From: a virus
Lineage: Duplodnaviria > Caudoviricetes
IMG/VR virus record: IMGVR_UViG_2651870089_000025
Location: 43,521 to 107,520 of that record
Strand: one strand, 5' to 3'
DNA length: 64,000 nucleotides
Below are positions 57,440-64,000 of the stretch, piece by piece. The notes below the pieces were generated by a model. That model ran no database searches. It had not been told where the DNA came from and saw only the letters and a program-made list of their open reading frames with translations. Made by a program: the position numbers and the translations under genes. Position 1 is the first letter of the stretch, and each line of letters starts with the position of its first letter.

Positions 57440-58228
57440 ATGGCCACAAGTAATCTTTATATTTATAACACAATTTATGAATTGACAATACTTGACAATG
57501 GCCTAAGAATGGAAGGGCCTATGTACAACAATACAATTAAAATTCATAAAGGCATTGATGACAAAATTACATTTAATGTATACGATGAGCATCGCCGCCT
57601 TGCATCTCTTGCACATTTAACAATGGCATTTAACCTTATTGACGCAAATACAGGTGTTCTTGTTTTAACAAAGACCCCTGTTATACGAGATAATGCTAAA
57701 GGCACGCTAGATGTAACATTTAGTTGGGGAGATACTGCTAATCTTGACGCAGGATTATATGAATTCAGTATAACAACAACTACTGCAACAGGTGAAACAA
57801 GTGCATTATATACTGATTTGTCACAGAAAGCAATAGGCACCGTTGAATTACTTGACAATATTTTACCAAGCCCAACCGAAACAATATCCGTAGTGTCGTT
57901 TACAGCAAATGGCTCCCGCTATGAAAGTCAAGCCGTAAGTGCTTCGCCAAATAGAAGTTATCAGAGTTCATTGCATACTTGCGCTGTTTACGCAACATCT
58001 TATACAGGAACTTTTTATGTTGAAGGTAGCCACGATATAACTGCACCAACAAATTGGTTTATTTGTGACTTACACCCTCAAAATGACATAATAGATGCAA
58101 ACACATATACAGCAAAAACCGGTATTGATCCCTTTAATTTTTATATGACGACAAATTGGTTTAGATTTGTGCATGTCCCAGACGGATCAAACACAGGAAC
58201 ACTTGACAAAGTACTACTTAGAAGTTAA
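57440..58228 (+). CDS. Putative virion structural protein
   Basis: Beta-rich; late promoter AATAAATA at 57410-57417. Confidence 0.5.
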   Translation: MATSNLYIYNTIYELTILDNGLRMEGPMYNNTIKIHKGIDDKITFNVYDEHRRLASLAHLTMAFNLIDANTGVLVLTKTPVIRDNAKGTLDVTFSWGDTANLDAGLYEFSITTTTATGETSALYTDLSQKAIGTVELLDNILPSPTETISVVSFTANGSRYESQAVSASPNRSYQSSLHTCAVYATSYTGTFYVEGSHDITAPTNWFICDLHPQNDIIDANTYTAKTGIDPFNFYMTTNWFRFVHVPDGSNTGTLDKVLLRS

Positions 58229-58231
58229 AAT
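58203..58231 (+). promoter_or_regulatory. sigma70-type promoter (leaderless primase)
   Basis: TTGACA-17-TAAAAT; GTG 6 nt downstream. Confidence 0.7.
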
Positions 58232-58237
58232 ATAGTA

Positions 58238-59227
58238 GTGCTTATTGATAAATTAAAGTCGTTAATTCTGTCGCGTCTGTCTGGCCAGAAAGCAAATCCA
58301 AGTGGATGGATGACATTAAACTGCCCAATGTGTATTAGCATGGGAGAAACAAGACCAGATACACGCAAGCGAGGCGGGTTTAACTTTTCTAAACCAACTG
58401 CAATCTCCTATCATTGCTTTAACTGTGGATATACAACAGGATGGTGGGTAGGAAGTGTATTGGGACTCAAGTTTATTAATTTATTAACAGGGCTTAATGT
58501 TGAAGATAGTACTATTAATAAACTAAAGATTGAAAGTTTAAAAGAAAAAGACCAAGACGTAGAGTTTGAACCGGTTAGGAAAATTAATTTAGATTGGAAG
58601 GGTGTTGAGTTACCAAAGAACGCAAAGCCAATATCCGGCGATGTAGACAAGGATGTGCTGGCATACCTACAATCTCGAGGAAAAGGAATTTACGAAAACT
58701 GGGATTACTATTGGTCACCTGAAACATATATGGAACTAAACAAGCGTATTATTATACCTTGTTATTTTAAAGACAAAGTAGTTGGATGGGTTTCGAGACA
58801 TATTAAGCCTGGAAAAGAAACAACGCCAAAGTACTATGTTGATATTCAGCGTGATTATTTGTTTAACATAAATCAGTTATATACAAAAGACAGGAAGTAT
58901 GTTATACTTGTAGAAGGACCGTTTGATGCAATAGGCATAGATGGAGTCGGATTGTTAGGTTCAAATATTACAGAAACACAAGCAGATTTCTTAAACAGTT
59001 TTGGTAAAAAAGTTGTATTAGTACCTGATAGAGATAAAGCAGGAAAAAAACTTATACCAACAGCAATACAGCATGGCTGGTCTATTAGTTTCCCCGAATG
59101 GGATAAAGGCGTCAAGGATGTAGCCGATGCTGTAAAGAAGTATGGCAGACTGTTTACATTGAGAAGTATAATAGATGCAATCGAAGATAATCCAATAAAA
59201 ATAAATGTGTTAAAGAGACAGATATAA
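58238..59227 (+). CDS. gp61: DNA primase (T4 gp61-like)
   Basis: Zn motif CPMC..HCFNC; TOPRIM VEGPFDA, PDRDKAG, KDVAD. Confidence 0.9.
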   Translation: MLIDKLKSLILSRLSGQKANPSGWMTLNCPMCISMGETRPDTRKRGGFNFSKPTAISYHCFNCGYTTGWWVGSVLGLKFINLLTGLNVEDSTINKLKIESLKEKDQDVEFEPVRKINLDWKGVELPKNAKPISGDVDKDVLAYLQSRGKGIYENWDYYWSPETYMELNKRIIIPCYFKDKVVGWVSRHIKPGKETTPKYYVDIQRDYLFNINQLYTKDRKYVILVEGPFDAIGIDGVGLLGSNITETQADFLNSFGKKVVLVPDRDKAGKKLIPTAIQHGWSISFPEWDKGVKDVADAVKKYGRLFTLRSIIDAIEDNPIKINVLKRQI

Positions 59228-60609
59228 TGCCCAAAGAGTTTACTGAAGATTTACAAAAGTTGTTTTTAGGCTTTTTAATAAGCGATAAAGATTTGTATGT
59301 TCGTGTACAAAGTTTAGTAGTACCAACTTATTTCAACAACAAATTTCGCCCTGCAGTTGCATTAATTAATGAGCACAGTGAAAAATATAGTAGTTTGCCT
59401 ACAGTTGAGCAAATTAAAGCAAAAACTGGTATAGAAGTTGAATTAGATACCAACATAACAGCAAGGCACAAGGAATGGTTCTTAGATGAGTTTCAAGATT
59501 TTGTAAAGTTTAAAGCATTAGAACAAGCAATATTAGCAAGTGCTGATGATATTGAGCGCGGTGAGTATTATTCAGTTGAGAAAAGAGTTAAGGAAGCAAG
59601 CGAAGTTGGATTAACAAAAAGTTTAGGCACAGATTATTTTGAGGATCCGCTTAAAAGATTACAAATATTAAAAGACAACAACGGTCAAATAAGCACAGGC
59701 TGGACAGCAATTGATAAAAAGTTGTTTGGTGGATTCAACAAAGGCGAACTTAATATCTTTGCTGGTGGTAGCGGAACAGGTAAAAGTTTGTTTTTACAAA
59801 ATCTTGCATTGAACTGGGCATTGATTGGTGTTAATGTAATATACTTTACGTTAGAACTTAGTGAGGAGTTGGTTGCCATGAGAATTGACAGCATGGCAAC
59901 TGGTATGAGCAGTAAAAGTCTCTTTAAAAACTTAGAAGATGTTGAGTTAAAGATAAAAATGCTTGCCAAGCAAGCAGGAGCAGTACAAATAGCATACTTG
60001 CCAAGTGGTGTAACTGCGGCACAACTCAAGTCGTACTTGAAAGAATATGAAATTCAAAGCGGATTACAACCGCAGGCTATTATTGTTGACTATCTCGACT
60101 TAATGATGCCTAATGACAAGCGGGTTAGTCCTAGTGATTTGTTTGTTAAAGACAAGTATGTTGCTGAGGAGTTGCGTAACTTAGCAGTAGAGTTAGATAC
60201 ATTGCTAGTAACAGCATCGCAGTTAAACAGAACAGCAGTAGAAGAGATAGAATTTGACCATAGCCATATTGCTGGCGGTTTAAGTAAGGTACAAACAGCA
60301 GATAATGTGCTGGGTATTTTTACAAGTGCACCAATGCGTGAACGAGGTAGATATCAAATACAGTTTATGAAAACTAGAAGCAGTAGCGGTGTAGGACAAA
60401 GAGTTGATTTGCAGTTTGATATCGATAGTTTAAAGATCAGCGATTTACCTGAAGGAGAAGAGGAACAGCCATCAGAAGTGTTGTATAGTAATGTTGTTAG
60501 AAAAAGTTCAGTAACTGATGACAGAGAAAACGAAAATGGAAAAACTACTGAGGCTAAAGCAACTAATTTGCGTAAAATGATCGCAAATATGAACAAGTTG
60601 GATCGTTAA
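59227..60609 (+). CDS. gp41: Replicative DnaB-like helicase (T4 gp41-like)
   Basis: GGSGTGKS, TLELSE, IVDYLDL, TASQLNR, MKTR. Confidence 0.92.
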   Translation: MPKEFTEDLQKLFLGFLISDKDLYVRVQSLVVPTYFNNKFRPAVALINEHSEKYSSLPTVEQIKAKTGIEVELDTNITARHKEWFLDEFQDFVKFKALEQAILASADDIERGEYYSVEKRVKEASEVGLTKSLGTDYFEDPLKRLQILKDNNGQISTGWTAIDKKLFGGFNKGELNIFAGGSGTGKSLFLQNLALNWALIGVNVIYFTLELSEELVAMRIDSMATGMSSKSLFKNLEDVELKIKMLAKQAGAVQIAYLPSGVTAAQLKSYLKEYEIQSGLQPQAIIVDYLDLMMPNDKRVSPSDLFVKDKYVAEELRNLAVELDTLLVTASQLNRTAVEEIEFDHSHIAGGLSKVQTADNVLGIFTSAPMRERGRYQIQFMKTRSSSGVGQRVDLQFDIDSLKISDLPEGEEEQPSEVLYSNVVRKSSVTDDRENENGKTTEAKATNLRKMIANMNKLDR

Positions 60610-60652
60610 AAAGAACTTTAGATAGATAAATACACAAAGTACGGAAATTGTT

Positions 60653-60928
60653 ATGAAAATAAAAAGCATTTTGAGTGAAATTGATAATATTTTGCCTGAA
60701 AAAGACAAAGAATTAATTGTTGAGAATAGAGCTAGTCACGTTATTACTAGTGCTAATAATATTATGACGTTATTGGAGCGTAATTACGACGACGAGACAG
60801 CAGAAAGATTACAAAAGAAATTTTTAAATGCTATTCGTACTGGAAAAATTGAAAAATTTAGTAATGCACTAAGGCGAATTAACGATGCAGATCAACGAAC
60901 TAATCCTGAATACGAAACAGAAACGTAA
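60653..60928 (+). CDS. Hypothetical late protein
   Basis: Late promoter at 60625-60632; N-terminus MKIKSILSE. Confidence 0.6.
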   Translation: MKIKSILSEIDNILPEKDKELIVENRASHVITSANNIMTLLERNYDDETAERLQKKFLNAIRTGKIEKFSNALRRINDADQRTNPEYETET

Positions 60929-62231
60929 ATTTAGAGGTCCGCGTATCACACGCAAACGACAAGTAGGTTTTCATAAATTGGCGGCTGTTCGTAAAGCAAT
61001 ACAAGATGATATTGAACTAGACGAAGGTGCTAATACACATTTAACGCACTTTGAAGATAGTGTTTTTCACGGCGGTTATGAAGGTGCCGAAGTTGCTTTA
61101 AATATTGCTACATCTCTTTTAGATTTGCTCGAAGGACATACAAAGTCTCCAGTAAACGTAACTACTAAATGGGACGGCTCTCCTGCATTGTTTGTAGGTC
61201 GAGACGCAAAAGGTAAGTTCATAATGGGGGATAAGGGCATTTTTGCAAAAACTCCGCGTATTATGAATACGCCAGATGCAATTGATTCTAACAAAGCAGA
61301 TGTTGGCGACGTTGATAAGTCAAATTTACGTAAAAAATTAAAACATGCTCTTGCAGAACTGCCTAAAATATTTCCAAAAAACTTTAAAGGATTACTTCAG
61401 GGCGATTTGCTTTTTACACCAGAACTCAAAGATAGAGCAATTTTAGATGGCGAAGAAGCAATATTCTTTAAACCAAATACATTAACATATGCTGTTCCAG
61501 TTAATAGTGATTTAGGTAGAGCAATAGACAAAGCAACAATAGGAATAGTGTTTCATACTGCATATCCTAATTGGCCAGAAAGTAACGAGCCAGAATTTGG
61601 CGCTGGTGTTGAAGATTTAACTAAAACAGACGGCGTATGGTTTAGCGATGCTAGTATTAAAGATGTTAGCGGGCAGGTAACGTTAACAGCAGAAGAAACA
61701 GCAGAAATTAGAAAAGCAATCAACGATGCAAGAAAAGATTTAATAGCAACAGGGAAAAAGTTTTTTAGTATTTTAGAAACTGCGGATATGGGAAAAGACT
61801 TTAAGAAGGATTTGGAGTCAACAATTAATGCAAGTGTGCGTCAGGGAACTGTTCCAAGTAGTGCTGAACAGTTTGCGTCTGCTTACATTAATCGTTATGA
61901 AGATCGGCTAGAGAAGCAAATAGCAAACTTAAAGAAACAAGATTCTATTGACAAACGACTACAAGAACTAGAAACAGGATTAGCATTTTTTGATGCAAAT
62001 AAAGATAAGTTTTTGCATTTATATGAGTTATGGTTTAGGTTGTATAGTGTAAAAACTATGTTTGCGGTAAAGTTACACGGTATTAGAGCAATGGACACCT
62101 TTGAAGAAATGCCCGATGGTTCATTTGAAGTTCGTGATCCAGAAGGCTTTGTAGCAGTTGACCATGTCGGTAATGCGTTAAAAATTGTTGATAGATTAGG
62201 GTTTAGTGCCCTTAATTTTAAGAATGGATAG
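60885..62231 (+). CDS. DUF6267-like protein with ligase/nucleotidyltransferase-type motifs
   Basis: HLTHFED, TTKWDGSPA, QGDLLF, FKPNTLTY, PEGFV, KIVDR. Confidence 0.55.
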   Translation: MQINELILNTKQKRKFRGPRITRKRQVGFHKLAAVRKAIQDDIELDEGANTHLTHFEDSVFHGGYEGAEVALNIATSLLDLLEGHTKSPVNVTTKWDGSPALFVGRDAKGKFIMGDKGIFAKTPRIMNTPDAIDSNKADVGDVDKSNLRKKLKHALAELPKIFPKNFKGLLQGDLLFTPELKDRAILDGEEAIFFKPNTLTYAVPVNSDLGRAIDKATIGIVFHTAYPNWPESNEPEFGAGVEDLTKTDGVWFSDASIKDVSGQVTLTAEETAEIRKAINDARKDLIATGKKFFSILETADMGKDFKKDLESTINASVRQGTVPSSAEQFASAYINRYEDRLEKQIANLKKQDSIDKRLQELETGLAFFDANKDKFLHLYELWFRLYSVKTMFAVKLHGIRAMDTFEEMPDGSFEVRDPEGFVAVDHVGNALKIVDRLGFSALNFKNG

Positions 62232-62245
62232 CAATAAATAATATT

Positions 62246-63025
62246 ATGGAATTAGAATTTATTAATGAGTTATGCGAAAGCAGGCTAGTTAGGCAGAAAA
62301 AGCAAGTTGGTAAGTTTACTGCTAAAGATGCCGCCGATTTGGTATTTCTGTATGCATGTTGCTTGAATATACTTAAGAATGAATTTAAATATGCTCCTGT
62401 TGCAGCCGCTTATGCTAAAAAAACAGTTATGTATAATAATTTTGATGTATTCCGCATAAACGGTACTGACATGTATGTATTCCTAGTTGGTTTACTTGGC
62501 ACAGATGATACAAGCAATTTGTTTTCTGATAAGCAAGCAAGTGATATGTTTATTTCTGGGTTACGTGTAAATCAGCCACAATTAAAAGAATGGTTACGTT
62601 TAACGGCAAGAGGTAAAACAGGTAGTGTCGATGCACAGTATTTGTTTAGACTTGAACGCCAGTTAAAAATTGATAATTCTCAGTATAAATCCATTCGTCG
62701 TTTAGCATCTGACTGGGTTAATTTAAATCACGGACAAAAAACTTTAGTTATAACAAGAATTTTACAGGCGTTCCGCTCTAGAGCAATTCGCTCAGAACTT
62801 ATGCCAGTTATGACTAGTCTAGCAAAAGAAAAGAAATACGTACCGAAAGAGCCTGTGAAAGATATGGAAAAAGCACGACCTGCTAGTACAAAAGGCGGTA
62901 TGTCTACTCGTTCTAAGATAGCATTAGGTATAGGACTAACAGGCGCCGCGGCGTACGGTGCATATCGACTAGGCAAATCTCTAACAGGAAAGAAATACAC
63001 AAAACCCTCATACACTACAAAGTAA
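62246..63025 (+). CDS. Hypothetical (putative internal head) protein with a C-terminal hydrophobic segment
   Basis: MELEFINELCES; C-terminal IALGIGLTGAAAYGAY. Confidence 0.55.
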   Translation: MELEFINELCESRLVRQKKQVGKFTAKDAADLVFLYACCLNILKNEFKYAPVAAAYAKKTVMYNNFDVFRINGTDMYVFLVGLLGTDDTSNLFSDKQASDMFISGLRVNQPQLKEWLRLTARGKTGSVDAQYLFRLERQLKIDNSQYKSIRRLASDWVNLNHGQKTLVITRILQAFRSRAIRSELMPVMTSLAKEKKYVPKEPVKDMEKARPASTKGGMSTRSKIALGIGLTGAAAYGAYRLGKSLTGKKYTKPSYTTK

Positions 63026-63118
63026 TCGGTTAAACATTGTGTTTAAAATTTACTTCAATTGATAAATAAATGTAAGCATCGGTAATACTGGTGCACATGA
63101 TAAAAAGGAGAAATTCCA

Positions 63119-63385
63119 ATGGTAGCAAAAGTAAACGGCGCAATCGCAGCTGGTAGTGTAGTAGGTCATGACTTGGCTCACTTCACAATCGCAGGCGATG
63201 ACATGTCAGATGCCGCAAAGGCAACACACGTTATTGAAACAATCGAGCAAAAAGCAACAGTTGTACTAATTGGTACACTAGGCACAAGTACACGAGTAGC
63301 AGTTGAAACACCAAATGGTTGGTCAGCATCCGACCTACAAACAGCACTAGGTGGTTCATGGACAGCTGCTGATTTCACATACTAA
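63119..63385 (+). CDS. Small, probably abundant virion protein (decoration-like)
   Basis: Own late promoter at 63061-63068, 5' hairpin, AAGGAG SD and own terminator. Confidence 0.5.
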   Translation: MVAKVNGAIAAGSVVGHDLAHFTIAGDDMSDAAKATHVIETIEQKATVVLIGTLGTSTRVAVETPNGWSASDLQTALGGSWTAADFTY

Positions 63386-63406
63386 GATTGTTTTAAACAA
63401 CTTACA

Positions 63407-63434
63407 AAGAACCCCCTCAATGAGGGGGTTTTTT
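63407..63434 (+). terminator. Rho-independent terminator
   Basis: AACCCCCTC-AAT-GAGGGGGTT followed by TTTT. Confidence 0.85.
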
Positions 63435-63453
63435 ATTAGCAATAAATATTTTT

Positions 63454-63840
63454 ATGCATGAGTTTAATCCAGATACTACAACCTGGTTTACTGTTTATAC
63501 TTTAATTGATATTACACATTCTTTAAGGCGTAAAGATTTCTCTCAAAAAAACTGGGATATGATTATTAATTGTTTAAGCATGAAATGCCAACCTTTAGGT
63601 TCACATATACCAGTAAAGAAAAAGAGAAAACTTGAAAACTTTCAATTTGGTTCTATATATAAAAATAAATTAAGGAATGTTTGGACATGGTCTTTTGCTG
63701 TAGAGCACGGCGGTATAGTTACATTAGAGTCTCTTGTAGAAGATTTAAATGGCGTTCCAGTATCAGATCCACTAGAGTTTATTGAAACAAAGAACTCTAA
63801 AATAAAAAACACATATTTCTTACCAAAGGTTTTGGAATAA
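63454..63840 (+). CDS. Hypothetical late protein
   Basis: AATAAATA 5 nt upstream of the ATG. Confidence 0.6.
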   Translation: MHEFNPDTTTWFTVYTLIDITHSLRRKDFSQKNWDMIINCLSMKCQPLGSHIPVKKKRKLENFQFGSIYKNKLRNVWTWSFAVEHGGIVTLESLVEDLNGVPVSDPLEFIETKNSKIKNTYFLPKVLE

Positions 63841-63848
63841 ATAACATT

Positions 63849-64000
63849 ATGGTAGGAAGAATATCATCGGACGTAAAATCATTACATAGTATTCCGGGCG
63901 AAAACCCAACTTATCCAATTGAGTCGGAGAGCCTAGAAGCCCACGTGGCCATTTGTAGCGAACGTTATCTACAAATACACCAACATTTGCAAGAAACTGA
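63849..64000 (+). CDS. Hypothetical protein, 3'-truncated by the window edge
   Basis: MVGRISS..IESESLEAHVAICSERY; ATAAATA 5 nt upstream. Confidence 0.55.
   Translation, partial: MVGRISSDVKSLHSIPGENPTYPIESESLEAHVAICSERYLQIHQHLQET

Noticed and set aside
41256-60609. Inteins or group I introns in terminase, UvsX, UvsW, primase or helicase
   Set aside because: The proteins are of normal length and motifs are contiguous, with no intein terminal signatures
204-63378. Numerous short antisense or alternative-frame ORFs in the supplied track
   Set aside because: They shadow well-supported genes and lack motifs, RBS or promoters
1-64000. Stop-codon reassignment as seen in some large phages
   Set aside because: Long genes are intact under the standard code, and TAA, TAG and TGA all terminate conserved genes at sensible positions

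Overview
The window is a 64-kb, AT-rich segment of a large T4-superfamily (myovirus, probably jumbo-type) bacteriophage genome that uses the standard genetic code. It opens inside a >3390-aa virion protein gene, followed by tail-fibre and structural genes. Next comes an operon of four glycosyltransferase-like genes, two radical SAM genes and a repeat-fused methyltransferase. Morphogenesis genes include neck gp13/gp14, gp15, sheath gp18, tube gp19, head-completion gp4 and large terminase gp17. Replication and recombination genes include gp32 SSB, UvsX, UvsY, UvsW, a gp62-like protein, primase, helicase, dNMP kinase and a 186-aa miniature DnaE-like polymerase core; a shortened pyrB is present as an auxiliary gene. 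Both sigma70-type promoters and T4-late-type (NATAAATA) promoters are visible, and many lie at a distance that puts the start codon at or near +1 (leaderless mRNAs). The most unusual signals are: a late-promoter-driven ~140-nt structured ncRNA with GAUAA repeats behind a coiled-coil gene; a switch-like structured 5' leader; the mini-DnaE; the putative virion-modification operon; a set of proteins with T4-like capsid-targeting N-termini (one nuclease-like, one ligase-like); and nested 'Russian-doll' domains in the giant protein. I recognised no tRNA, rRNA, CRISPR array or mobile element. All family assignments come from motif recognition by eye, not from database searches.
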